A stretch of 64,000 nucleotides of DNA, taken from assembly GCA_951406725.2 (NCBI GenBank), contig OX597814.1:204786001-204850000 (forward strand). The letters are read 5' to 3'. Both the position numbers and the translations under genes were made by a program. Below, piece by piece: positions 1-12,195 of this stretch (the first letter of the stretch is position 1; each line of letters starts with the position of its first letter). Under the pieces are notes generated by a model. That model saw nothing but the letters and a program-made list of their open reading frames with translations, was not told where the DNA came from and made no database searches. This DNA comes from Octopus vulgaris (Eukaryota).

Positions 1-134
1 ATATTAATTAGAGACAAAACCACTATTTTGCAAAACAAACAAGGAAAGACTTAATCAATACGTACAATTTTATGTATTGATTAAGTCTTTCCTTGTTTGT
101 TTTGCAAAATAGTGGTTTTGTCTCTAATTAATAT
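1..134. repeat. Perfect 61-bp inverted repeat (hairpin/cruciform) next to (TA)n
   Basis: 1-61 is the exact reverse complement of 74-134, with a 12-nt spacer. It may extend beyond the window edge. Confidence 0.95.
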
Positions 135-314
135 TATATATATATATATATACATACATACATATGAGAGAGGGATGACCACTATGTGGACAACCCTTAT
201 GCTAGAAGTAGATCTGCTATGGTCTTACCACTAAGAAATGTTCTCAAGAAAAATTTAGCAAACACAAGAACATAAGCGAGCAAGACAAATGAAAAGTAAT
301 AAAATACAGATTAT

Positions 315-386
315 TCACATACATGTTTCACTATTAATAGATTACGTAATTTTACTTATGCAATTGTCCATAGATCTTCAGTGTGA
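315..386 (-). ncRNA. Minimal type-I hammerhead ribozyme (Penelope-like element type)
   Basis: Minus strand: TCACA [CTGAAGA] stem II (tctat...atagt) [GAAA] CATG TA TGTGA. Stem I is 5 bp perfect, stem III is palindromic, cleavage triplet GUA. Confidence 0.75.
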
Positions 387-1299
387 CTGTCCATACAAAT
401 ATAATTTGCAGAACTATATATGGAGACATCTGCACATAATATCCCTCTCTCTGAATTTTTGTTAAAGAATTTATGACATCTATATGATCAAGGGAAGTAC
501 AAATGTATGAGTCCTAGGAAATATTTTTACTTTATTAGAAATGATTTTCCTTTTTTTTATTTACATTTGAGTGATTGTTATTCATGTTTTAAAATTTTAC
601 CTTGCTGCGAAATTTTACATCCCTAGAAAAGATTACATTTTATTACACAGAATGTCTGAGCTAGTCTCAAAATGCTGACATGAAGAGCAATACTTCTTGA
701 AACAGTTTCAACTATACATGGGCATCATTAATAAAAAAAAAAACAAAAAACAAAAACAAAATTCTTTTATGACATAGATTTATATCAACATTTCACAAAA
801 TTTATCTCATAAAACTTATAACAAACTTTTAATACTATCATGATACGATTTACAGTCTTTGAATCCATTCTTTACAAAACACTTGTAATAACAAGTGTTT
901 TTGATGTTGCTACTTAGGTATTTTGAAACCATAGCAGAATGATTAAATAACTTTTTTCCCATATACCATAGCTTTCTATTGCAGTTAATGTTGGGGGAGA
1001 TATTTGTAAGTTTTTAGGTTTAAAATAATATGCAGGAAAGTAATAATCCTAATATTAGTATTTACTGAGATTTTTAGATTAAATTCTCAAAAGTTTTTTT
1101 TTTACTGATTAGAGAGGTGTGATATGATCCGATCATCGTCTCTCTATAGGCCTGAACAATTGTACTAGATTATCGTGTCTCTACATGCCAAAACAATTGT
1201 ATCCCAAACTAGATATTTATAGATAACAATCACATCCGAAAATAAAGCATTATTATGGCTGTCAGTTATCTTTTGTTGAATTCACTGGCTGCCTTTGGT

Positions 1300-2400
1300 G
1301 TTTAGCTACGAGTTAATGTACAAGTTTTATTCCTAAAAAAAAAAGTTTTGTTATTTTATATTTATTTCACACAAGCCTGACGCCTACCCAACTTGTGTCC
1401 ATGTGATTCTTTCTTACAAACACTACAGCAGCAGATTTCGTAGAGTTTCCTTCTTTCACTGCTGGTAAGTAACTACCTTCTCTGTGGATTCCTTACACAC
1501 ACAAAATTGGTCAAAACCATTTCCACGTGTCAAAGTTTTCTGTAACTCCCCCAGCTCTAACGACAAAGCTATAAAGCTGACCGCAGAATTTTGTCAGTTA
1601 TTTTCATTTTTGCTTTGAATAAATTATAACGAAAACTTGTTTCAGACTGGGAGACAACAATGTTTGTAAAACTGCAGACTATAGTAACAAGCTATTAGGT
1701 TACATTACAGTTTACTTGGAAGTACTTTAATTTTAAAGCTATTTTATTTTAGTGTTTTATCGTAAAAAATTATCTAAGCTCTATTCTTTATAATACTTAA
1801 CAATTGTAATAAAAACTGTGAAATTTTTGTAAAAAAAAAAGCAGTTTTATTTTGTTGTCTCATGAAATCTGGTTATTTTATCAGGAGGAGACTGTTTTCG
1901 TTATCACCGTCTGTGGCGGATATTCGTTAATCAGGTGTGGTAAAGGTAAGTGAACGGGATTGTTATTTATACTTGATTTCCAGTTGACAGATAACGGTCA
2001 CGACTAGTGACACAGCGACTAGGATATCATAGCTACAGAAATACAATGATTAACAACAGAGTAAACGAGTGATTACTATTAACTCGGGACATTCGTAGAT
2101 GTGAGTGTGGACCAGCAGATTCACTGACGACAAACCAGCAGCCAAGGTTTGCTCTGTTTATCTTCTTTTCTTTATTTAACCTACCTCGGTGACAATCATT
2201 TTTATTGGCGGTAAATTGAATATATTAGAGAAGAGACACTATCATATCTTCTATGCTTCGTCTCTTACTGTCTGGACGTCTATGTCGATGCCCAGTCGGA
2301 TTAACGATGGAACAATTGAACGGAACAACTCGCTTTATACTTTCATATCCATAAAGAAGAGATGTTCATTGCAGCTTCTTTAAAGAAACCAATATTCTCA
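1300..2400 (+). promoter_or_regulatory. CpG-retaining repeat-free region, candidate promoter/5'UTR exons
   Basis: Visibly more CpG than the rest of the window and no SINEs. Consensus donors CTG|GTAAGT (1464/1465), AAG|GTAAGT (1945/1946), GAT|GTGAGT (2100/2101); acceptor ttattttatcag at 1884. Confidence 0.4.
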
Positions 2401-2907
2401 ATATGTCGTTAATTCCATACAATATTTCTTTAATGTCAATAAATACATATAAACACACACACACACATAACGATATTATTTCCAAAAACTTTTTGCCTCC
2501 TGTTAACCTTCCCTTATGTTTCTTTCTACAAAGCTGTATCCTACACGTCTCCCCGTCGTTGCATTCCAAAGCAGGCCATGTCGTTATCTCATAACTAAAG
2601 AAGGACCTTTTCTAATACCTATCCTCCACGAATCCCATATTTGTTGTAGTTCTTCCAGTGCAAATAACCCCCAAACATTCTCTCTGTTGCCAATACTCCT
2701 TTGAACACTCTTGTCGTGACCTCTTTTATCTTCCATTGAAAGGCGTCATCACAATTTTTTACTGTAAACAACGAAACTTTTTTTTTCCATCATTTTGTTT
2801 CTCGTGTCATGAAGCTTCGACACATTGCTGTTAGTTAATACGGCATTATGTTAAACAGCGGAAGTTTGAATGTATATGAATATTTTAATCATATATATAT
2901 GAATGTT

Positions 2908-2956
<49 letters not shown>

Positions 2957-4733
2957 TATGTATGTATTGTCTCGAAATTCTGAAGGTTCTAAAACTAAAC
3001 ATAACAATGTTGAACCTAATTCAGCTGACTGTACACTTAAATATTACTGAAAATGTTAAGTCATCCAATCTAAAATTATAAATAGGGTGAGATTAATGAG
3101 AAATATACTTTTACAATTGAGGCAGTAAGTTGATCTGATACTCGTTGGATAATAAGCTCTGTAACATTCAACTTCATCGAGTAGACGACGGTTAGACACT
3201 CGTCTACACTTAACTCTTTCACATTTCTCTGCTGTATTCTACACACTCGCCTATACACTCGTAAATACACACTCACACACTTATTAAATGTAATGGGATG
3301 CGACAGGTTAAATGCTTTCTTTCGTTTTTCACCCTCTGGTCTCTGTTTAAAACCCGCGATCAATGCTTTTGGGTTGTTAAAATAAGTACCAGTGATGCGT
3401 TCGATTTAGTCGACCATAACTGCTTCCAGTATAAATATGGTCTTGTCCCTCTAAGAAAGACATTTATATTCATCAATTTTACGGTTTTTTAAATAATTTT
3501 CAGTTGAGGTTGATTGGATTTTTATTTTTTATTGTCTATTTTATGTGGAAAATACACACACGTAACTACTCTGTGTGTGTGTGTGTGTGTGTAAATATAT
3601 ATATATATAGATTCGTATTCACATGCATAGACATCTAAATAAAGAAGTCATTTGAGTTGTGTGATATGTTCAGTCAGTCATCAACATTGCTAGACCACGG
3701 ATGTGTGTGTGTGTTTATCTTTCTGTATTTTCTCAAGTTGCTCCTCTGAACAGACTTTCTCAACTCATCTCTACTCTTTCCGTATCTCACCCACAAAACA
3801 CAACAATAAACCTCTCCAATTTTTTTTAATCCTCACAACTTCAACCCACTTTTGCTCTTCTGGCCCCTATTTCTCAACCTGCTGAACGAAGTTCGTGTTG
3901 AAGATCGACCTCGCTTGTTTGGCGGGTCTGCCCATAAAGGCAAACGAACATTTGTCTTTCTCTCTTCCATGCAAAATAAATTTGATATCTTCTATCTCGG
4001 TTTTTGATTAGTTTTATCCTAATTGAAATTAGCTGCAGTAGAAATTGACGTAATTTGTACAAGACAGCCCTTCAGTTTCTTATTCTTCCCCTTAATATCT
4101 GTTGAAAAGAGATTTTCAATGTCTTCGATTCTATTAGAAATGTCAATCGATTTAAAAATATTTCTCCTTGATTGCAACTTAATCTTCCATCCTAAACAAA
4201 TGATCTTTGTTATTATATTATATAATATAATAGCCTCCCTTCTTCATCTTTATTGATATCAGTTCATACAGATGCAATAGTTGTTACTATTTAAAGAAGC
4301 AGGCCAATTCTGACCTGATCAAAAGATATTTTAGACATGATGCCCATCCTTTTAAACACATTTTTATAGTTGCAGCGTGTATAGGAACACACATTATCCT
4401 AATACATCCATTTTTAAAGACATGTTATTTATTATTTAACTGAGATTTGGTTGCTATTTCTCGCTGCTCTGTTGATCAGTTAGAAACCTCCTCGTTGGTT
4501 CGACTTCAGAGCGGGGGTATCAGTTTTATAGGAATATATATATCATGAATAGTAATATATTTTCTCGTTAAAAATATCACGGCAATTCTATCTTGGTTTC
4601 ATGAAAACGAATTACTCTTGTTTAAGCACCATGTCGGCCCTAAACAAAAGCGTTCCACTCATGATCATTCCGTCTTTTTGTAAACCTAAAAACTGCATTG
4701 TCCAATGTGTCCGCCCCCACTTTTCTTTTTCAG

Positions 4734-4811
4734 ATTGCAGGGTGTAATTCGGGAGTGATGTCTGTCCTCTATTTCTAGCAATACGAACACCCACGGGGAA
4801 ACTCCTTTGAG
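4734..4811 (+). other. Candidate non-coding (5'UTR) exon
   Basis: Polypyrimidine acceptor ending cag at 4733 and donor GAG|GTGAGA at 4811/4812; stops in all three frames. Confidence 0.3.
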
Positions 4812-5750
4812 GTGAGATGTAACAACTAGATAGGTTCGATCGTTTTGTATGTGTGTGTGTGTGTATATGTGTGCTAAAGATGAATTTCTATTACGAGCAG
4901 ACGCATGGATCCTATTCTTTTCGCCACTACAATTTCCCCCCCACAATTATCATTTCTTGTTGTTTAACCCCAGGTCAGTCCCGATCGAGCAGACCTGTAA
5001 TCAGAGGTATAAACAACCATCATCATCTCGTTGATTTTTATTCATGGTGTATCTATGGTTACGTTGGAGATTCAACTTCTTTTTCTAGTAGGTTAAAGTG
5101 ACCATCTTGACTTAGTGGATTACTATTACTTCATTTATATAGATCAATTGGAGATGATGATATAGGTTAAATGGATCTCCGAGTCACTGAAGCATGATAT
5201 AGTTGGCCAGTCTCTCTCACTCTCACATTTATACTACCATCTCTCTCGGTATGTTATACAACAATATAAACCGAATCGACCTCCACAACCACCAATAACA
5301 ACACCACCACCACCCCGTCAGTAAATTGTTTAGTTGTAGCTGAAGTGACAAGATCGATGGGATTTCTCACACAATTTCAAAAAACACAGAAGAAGCAGGC
5401 GAGGGATAAATGGATTTATTGCAAAATTAACGTTGTTGCCATGGTTACTGACAATTTATCTCTCATCTTTTGAAAATATTTAAGGAATCTCAAGAATCTG
5501 GAAGTTTCGTATGTTTAATATAACGCGGACAGTTATATAACTTTACATTTGTCGACCGTCGTTGCAGAGGTATTAGCATGGTTTAGAAGATAGATGTATG
5601 TCAGCCTATTTAAAAATTTAAACTTCATCGTGTTTTATGTTTAATTATCCTGTGATGATTAGAAAGGTTTGTATTGTAATAACATCCACTCTTCCACACC
5701 AGAGCCTTAAAATACATTGTCTTGGTCTTGTTTCTGACTATTTTCGGTTA

Positions 5751-5798
<48 letters not shown>

Positions 5799-5882
5799 CT
5801 TACATCTATTTTCTTTCCTCCACCTCACTCTCAATTTGTATCACATCGAAACTAACTATGTCTTAACTTTTCCTTTCACACC

Positions 5883-5937
5883 GTCTCCGATGAAGGGATA
5901 TTATTATTAATAAATATCCTAGAAACAGCTGTAAGAC
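5883..5937 (+). ncRNA. Minimal type-I hammerhead ribozyme (U4C core variant)
   Basis: GTCT [CCGATGA] a GGGATATT..AATATCCT a [GAAA] CAGCTG TA AGAC, inside a ~200-bp segment bracketed by (TA)n at about 5753-5798 and 6004-6037. Confidence 0.7.
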
Positions 5938-6000
5938 CTTCTATCTGTAAATGCTCTAATATCTATACACCCTTGGTTTTTTTTAATCTCACTACACAAA

Positions 6001-6040
<40 letters not shown>

Positions 6041-6211
6041 CACTAACACACGCACTAATTATCAAACACAACTTTTTTTTTTTTTAATATATTGGTTTCA
6101 AATATCAACAGAAGGCTAGCAATTTCAGGAGAGAGAAGGGGTAAGTCGATTACCTCGAACCCCAGTGCTCAACTGGTACTAATAACTTTTTTAATGTGTT
6201 GAAGTGCTGAA

Positions 6212-6620
6212 AGGTGGTATGATGGCAGAATCGTTAGCACGCCGGGCAAATTGCTTAGCGATATTTCATCTGCTGCTATGTTCTGAGTTCAAATTCCGCC
6301 GAGGTCGGCTTTGCCTTTCATCCTTTCGGGGTCGATTAAATAAGTACCAGTTACGCACTGGGGTCGATGTAATCGACTTAATCCGTTTGTTTGTCCCCTC
6401 TGAGTGTAGCCCATTGTGGCTAGTAAAGAAATAGGTATTTCGTCCGTCTTTATATTCTGTGCTCAAATTCTGCTGAGGTCAACTTTGCATTTCATCCTTT
6501 AGGGGGTTCGATAAAATAAATACCAGTTGAATACTGTGGTCGATGTAAATGATTTACCCCCCCCCCCCCCCCCATCCCCGAACATGCTGGCTGGCCTTGA
6601 GCCAAAATTTGAAACGAATA
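6212..6620 (+). mobile_element. tRNA-headed SINE family B (Nin-domain-like), dimer
   Basis: A-box-like tggcagaatcgtt, B-box gagttcaaattcc, core cctttcatcctttcggggtcgat..aagtaccag; many copies in the window. Confidence 0.8.
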
Positions 6621-7010
6621 TATTAAGGTCACACACAAATTTTTAGATAATTTTATTTCAAAATTCTTGTCACAAAATTATTCAAATTACAAGTAAAATC
6701 TGAAATCTAAAGTTATCTAAAATTTATTTTAAACCTCATTTATTTCTGAGTGCAGCTAGATTCCCCTTTCTTGATAAACATTCCACTAGCATACACATGG
6801 TGTCACATTCGTGATGTTCTTGAATAACCGTCATTTTGTATGGTGGGAACTTGTGACTGAATTGCAAATTCTCCTGACAATTCTATCAGACAATTCCAAA
6901 GCGGAAGCATAGGCGCAGGCGTGGCTGTGTGGTAAGAAGTTTGCTTCCTGAGTACATGGCTCTGAGCTCAGTCCTACTATGTGGAATCTTGGGCAAGTGT
7001 CTTCTTACTA

Positions 7011-7510
7011 TCATCATCATCATCATCATTTAACGTCCGTTTTCCATGCTAGCATGGGTTGGACGGTTCGACCGGGGTCTGGAAGCCATGGAGGCTGCAC
7101 CAGGCTCCAGTCTGATTTGGCAGTGTTTCTACAGCTGGATGCCCTTCCTAACACCAACCACTCCATGAGTGTAGTGGGTGTTTTTTATGTGCCACCGGCA
7201 CAGGGGCCAGAGCAGGCTGGCAAACGGCCACGATCGGTCGGTGACACGGACGCCAGTCAGGAGGCGCTGGCACGTTTGGACGGTGCTTTTTACGTGTCAC
7301 CGGCATGGGTGTCTTAACTACAATTTCCATTTGAATTTTTATTTTGATGTTGATGTACTTGACTCAATAGGTCTTCTCAAGAACAGCGGGTCACTCTATG
7401 ATCCAAGGTTAGCACAGCAGGCCTTCCTGCAAGCCATGAACTCACTTCATTTGTCGGGTCTTCGAAATCACAGTATATCTCCAGAGGTCTCGGTCTTTCG
7501 TCATAGCCTT
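7011..7510 (-). mobile_element. 5'-truncated RTE LINE 3' end with (GAT)n tail
   Basis: Matches the UTR that follows the RTE RT C-terminus at 14095-14790 and 58357-59570. Confidence 0.8.
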
Positions 7511-8088
7511 GGAATTAGTAGATGGAAACTGAATGAAGTTAGTCATCATGCCAGTATGGAAGGTGGTGTTAAACAATGATGTGTGTGTCCCACCTCTGCT
7601 TCATGACTGGTACTGATGTGTTTACATACCCATAACTTAGTGGTTCAGCAAAAGAGACCGATAGAATAAATATGAAGTTTAAAAAAATAATACTCGAGTT
7701 GATTCATTCAATTAAAATTCTTCAGGGTTTCAGTCCAACGGCTGAAACAAATAAAAGATAAAAAAAGTTCAGGGGCTGACTGTTTAGAAGATTTCAGAAA
7801 GACTTTCATAGCTTGTGCGTTTTCTGGAGTTAGAACACCCTGGGGGTCCTCTGGTGGTTTTCTTTTTAGCACTGAGCTGGTGGCCCTGAAATTTTGAGTC
7901 TATATCAGTATGGGGTTTTGATCTGGAGTAGCATCATTTTGGTTTAGTGGGAATAATACGAGAAGGGTGCTGTTGCATTGCAATCACAGATTCACCATTA
8001 TTGATAAACATTTTCAACATCAAATGCATGAGTTACCCATGAGGGTAACCAAAAAAAAAATACCCACATAAAGACATCATCAGCACCT

Positions 8089-8391
8089 CTGGAGGCACGT
8101 GGCCTAGTGGTTAGAGCAGCGGACTCGCGGTCGAGGGATCGCGGGTTCGAATCTCATACCGGGCGATGTGTGTGTTTATGGGCGAAACACCTAAGCTCCA
8201 CGTGGCTCCGGCAGAAGGTAATGGCGAACTTCTGCTGACTCTTTCGCCATAACTTTCTCTCACTCTTTCCTCCTGCATCTTGCAGCTCACCTGCGACGGA
8301 CCGGCGTCCGTCCAGGTGGGGAATCTATACGCCAAGGAAACTGGCCCTTATGAGCCAGGTGTGGCTCGAGAAGGAATAAACAACAACACAT
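8089..8391 (+). mobile_element. tRNA-derived SINE family D (resembles octopus OR-type SINEs) with 14-bp TSD
   Basis: A box tggcctagtggttag, B box gggttcgaatc, (AAC)n tail; TSD catcatcagcacct at 8075-8088 and 8392-8405. Confidence 0.85.
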
Positions 8392-9143
8392 CATCATCAG
8401 CACCTGTCTAACTTTACTAACACCACACCAGCAGCTGTGTAAAACTGCACTCTGTATATTTCTGTCTATCCTGATTTACATGAATTTTTTGGTGGTGGTT
8501 TTTGATGACAAAATCCAAGAACTCCAAGAAGAAATAACTAATTCTCCCTCCTCACCTACAAACAAGGTAACTTACGGTTTAATGAAAGTCTCTTTATCTT
8601 CAGGACTAAAGCTTATAAATGTGGAAGGATAAGGATAGTGGAATGTATTATATATTGTTGTTTTTATTTATGTTCCATGCCTACAGACATTGGTGATTGT
8701 GGACCTTCTTTCTCTCCTGTTTCAAACACAATTTAGTCAGTCCTTCTGGTCAGCTGGCAAGACACCCGAGTATCTTCTGCCTTTGTTTCCCCCAGTTTCT
8801 TCTTCCTTTCAAATGAATATATTCTTACAGATTAAAATGTATAAATATATCACACTACACCCAAAATAATTTGTTGCTTCTTAAATATCTTTGTATAAAG
8901 AACCCTAAACCACCCCTATATAAAAGCTGAAGATTCTCCCCTTCCCTCTTTGATCAGCTTGGGGTTTGTTATCTTTTTACGAGCTCTGTGGTTTTTGCAG
9001 CTGGTTACCTTTCTATTCTTAACTCTCATGGTTTTGTGAAACAGATGGATTGATATTTTCAACATATTTTACTGTTCACTATGAGTTCTGTCTTGAGATT
9101 GAGGAAAGATCTTGTTTATGAAAGAAAAACAAAATCTGTTTCA

Positions 9144-9364
9144 CCCTTTTCATACCCATCCACCTGAGACTGTCTCTGGTTCTAAAATATAAACTTACTA
9201 TTTTAAAATGATTTAAATGAAAACTTACCACCAAAATTTCAAGCTAATTTATGTTTCAAACACCATATCTAACAATGCAAGTTATATGACTAAATTCTTC
9301 ATAATGTTTTTTCTTTCAAAAGTTGACATGAAAGCACTTTAACTGAAATATGGTAAAGAAAGGA
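9144..9364. mobile_element. Diverged TTAA-type MITE (same family as 60143-60603)
   Basis: Begins cccttttcatacc and is colinear with the copies near 60 kb. Confidence 0.55.
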
Positions 9365-9581
9365 TTAAAGCAGTAGAAAATATTGGATCAATTTTCTTTT
9401 TAACTTTTACTAAAAGCTGGTAAGGCTACAGTCATTTCAGTGAGTTTATCGAGTGTTACTAACCAGAGGGAAACTGGACATCTGGCTTTTATCTGGTTTG
9501 CTTCAGAATATCTCTTTGGGCTATATTGAATTGTATGAAATTATCTTATCGTATATTTTCTTTTTTCGAAGTAAGTTCATG

Positions 9582-9585
<4 letters not shown>

Positions 9586-9616
<31 letters not shown>

Positions 9617-9810
9617 ATATATGTATGTGTGTGTGTGTGTATGTATTTATATATGTGTATGTGTGTGTGTGTATGTATTTATATATGTGCATGTGTGTGT
9701 ATGTGTGCATATGTATATATATATGCATGTTTGTATATATATATATATGTATATCTATATGCATATGTGTGTATACATATATATGTGTGTGTATATATAT
9801 ATACATATAG
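9586..9810. repeat. Compound (TA)n/(TG)n microsatellite
   Basis: Directly visible; it explains the overlapping spurious ORFs. Confidence 0.95.
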
Positions 9811-9811
9811 A

Positions 9812-10260
9812 TGTCACAGTGTTGGTCAGACCATCAGACGCTATTATATACTGCTGCTCACAACACACTTCCAATTCTGTCTTGACTGCACCATTCTTCT
9901 CCATCTTGACCCCAATTGCTTAAGTAGATCATCATCTCATCATTGTGGAGGCCTTCCAAGAGGTCTTTCCGATCTCTTGGACACCACTTGACAACTGCCC
10001 TGGCCCACCTGTTGTCTGTGAACCATTGCAACATGTCTGCCCCAGCGGAACTTGTACGTCTTTTCAATTGGTCATTCTCCAAAGACATCATTTGTGAACC
10101 AATGCTGTCTTCTCTCTTGTATCCAGTTTTGCTGTGTTTCCTTCGTTTCTTTCTAGCTTTCGCAAATCCTTTGCTTTCTGTATCCACGTCTCACTACCAT
10201 GCAACAAGCATCATACAATCTGATCTTTAATTGAACAGAGAATCCCTTTATTGCCTGCAG
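9812..10260 (-). mobile_element. RTE-clade LINE 3' end (second family), frameshifted
   Basis: Translation WFTDNRWARAVVKWCPRDRK matches the RTE C-terminal motif (WAGHV..DNRW...W.PR..KR..GRP). Confidence 0.7.
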
Positions 10261-10569
10261 AGTTAATGGATCCTTGAACATTTTCCGTCGTTTTTACTCT
10301 GGCTTCTATGCTCTCAGAGAAGCACTATCCATTGCTAATTAGATCACAGAGGTAATAAAATCTGCCAACTTTATCTTGTAGGGAATATCCAGGGCATTTG
10401 AAGAAATTTACACATATATTATATATATATATAGTAAATTGCGAATACCCACCTTAATAATTTATAGTTCTCACTTCACCATTTTCGGAACCAGTCAATG
10501 TTTCCTTTGGTGTTTTCTATAAGACTGACAAGGTGACTTAAGTTCTTTAACCCTTGGCAACAGAGTAAT

Positions 10570-10619
10570 GAGTCACTGAAGAAGAATAACCAACTCTGAA
10601 ATCAGTGCTGATATGATTC
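10570..10619 (+). ncRNA. Type-I hammerhead ribozyme, canonical core
   Basis: GAGTCA [CTGAAGA] AGA-ataaccaac-TCT [GAAA] TCAGTGCTGA TA TGATTC. Stem I is 6 bp (one GU), stem III is near-palindromic, triplet AUA; (TA)n lies about 140 nt upstream. Confidence 0.75.
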
Positions 10620-10764
10620 CACCTAGCTTGCCATAGGGAGTCTGTCTCCCCTGTTAATCATTAGGAAAGTGCTCTCATGTGGCTAAGAGTTGTTTTGCCT
10701 CTTATGTCAAACCTGGTATCATCTCTTATTCTGGTCAGTTGCTAGGATCTGTTATTCCTTAATA

Positions 10765-11121
10765 TTCTTTTATTCCTTTACTTGTTTCAGTCATTTGACT
10801 GTGGCCATGCTGGAGCATCGCCTTTAGTCGAAGAAATCATCCCCAGGATTTATTCTTTGTGAGCCTAGTACTTATTCTATTGGTCTCTTTTGCTGAACTG
10901 TTAAGTTACGGGAATGTAAACACACCAACATCGATTGTCAAGAATGATTGACACACACACATTTACACATATATGACGGCTTCTTTCAGTTTCCGTCTAT
11001 CAAATCCACTTAAAGCTTTGATTGGCTCGAGGCTACAGTAGAAGACACTTGCCCAAGGTGCCATGCAGTGAGACTGAACCTGCAACCATGTGGTTGGTAA
11101 GCAAGCTTACCACACAGCCAC
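10765..11121 (-). mobile_element. tRNA-headed SINE family A
   Basis: Reverse complement of the 38556-38968 type sequence. Confidence 0.8.
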
Positions 11122-11555
11122 AAGTAGGTGGGGGTTGCATCATTAGCCTGGAGTAGTATGAGGTTAGTATTGATTTCTCTATCTTATATGCTTGTCCCTC
11201 TTTCATACATTAGCTTTTCAACACTTGGTATGAAACCACTGGCTCCTCTCAAATACTCTCCCCTCCCACCTTGTTGAGGGGGCGATTTCCTTTTTTACTC
11301 TTCTTGTCTTGCAAGTTCCTTAGTGACCCCACTAGTGCCAGTGGCATGAAGAAAGAACACCCAGTACGCTCGATGAAATGATCAGCTTTCGGATGGGCAT
11401 CTAGTTGTAGAGACCATGTTGAAGCTTGATGCAGCTCTGTGGCTCACTGGATTCTGTTGAACTGTTCACCTCATGCTGGCATTAAACGATAATGAGCCGC
11501 TAATTAAAGTACTTCTCATGTGAAGATAATGATTAGTAAAATCCACTTAGGCTGC

Positions 11556-11935
11556 ATCATCATCATCATCATATGCCTGTTTTCCATGCTAGCATGGGTT
11601 AGACAGTTCGATTGGGGTCTGGGAAGCCAGGAGGCTGCACCAGGCTCAAGTCTGATCTGTCAGTGTTTCTACAGCTGGTTGCCCTTCTTAACATCAACCA
11701 CTCCAAGAGTGTAGTGGGTGCTTTTTACGTGCCACCGGCACAGGTGCCAGGGGAGGCTGGCAACGGCCACGATCAGTTGGTGCTTTTTACGTGTCACCAT
11801 CACGGAAGCCAGTCAAGGTGGTGCTGGCATCGAGCACATACGGACGTTGCTTTTTATGTGCCACTGGCACAGGTGCCAGGGGAGGCTGGCAACGGCCACG
11901 ATCGGTTGGTGGTTTTTACGTGCCACCGACACGGT
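11556..11935 (-). mobile_element. RTE LINE 3' end with internal tandem units
   Basis: (CAT)n, atgctagcat palindrome and repeated gtgccaccggca units. Confidence 0.8.
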
Positions 11936-11954
11936 GCATGCCTTATTATATATT

Positions 11955-12195
11955 TGAAGAGTTGTGAGGGTATTTGGCTCACGATCATAAGGTTATGAGT
12001 TAAATTCCTGGTGATGCATTCTGTCCTTGAGCAAGACACTTTATTTCACATTGCTATCAGCTTGCAAAAATGAGTGGTACCTGCAATTCAAAGGGCCAGC
12101 CTGGTCACATTATGGGTGTCATGCTGAATCTCCCTGAGGACTGTGTTAAGGGGATACGTGTCTGTGGAGTGCTGACGCACTTGTCATCGTAATTG
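11955..12195 (+). mobile_element. SINE family C
   Basis: Colinear with 20555-20885 (gtccttgagcaagacactt...atgctgaatctccctgaggact). Confidence 0.65.

Noticed and set aside
2124-2155. CTGACGA followed by a caaacc/ggtttg stem
   Set aside because: No GAAA or stem III afterwards; not a hammerhead.
6979-7579. Recurrent LQLDALPNANHS / CHRHR ORFs
   Set aside because: Antisense translations of the RTE 3'UTR repeat; the frame is not conserved among copies.
8091-8165. Possible tRNA gene
   Set aside because: It continues into a SINE body with tail and TSD, and the acceptor stem does not close; it is a SINE head.
8480-8632. 50-codon ORF MNFLVVVFDDKIQELQEE... with AAG|GTAACT
   Set aside because: Short, no recognisable homology, weak support.
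9526-9991. Overlapping ORFs rich in C/V/Y/I or H/T
   Set aside because: Translations of (TA)n/(TG)n microsatellite; the same applies to similar ORFs throughout the window.
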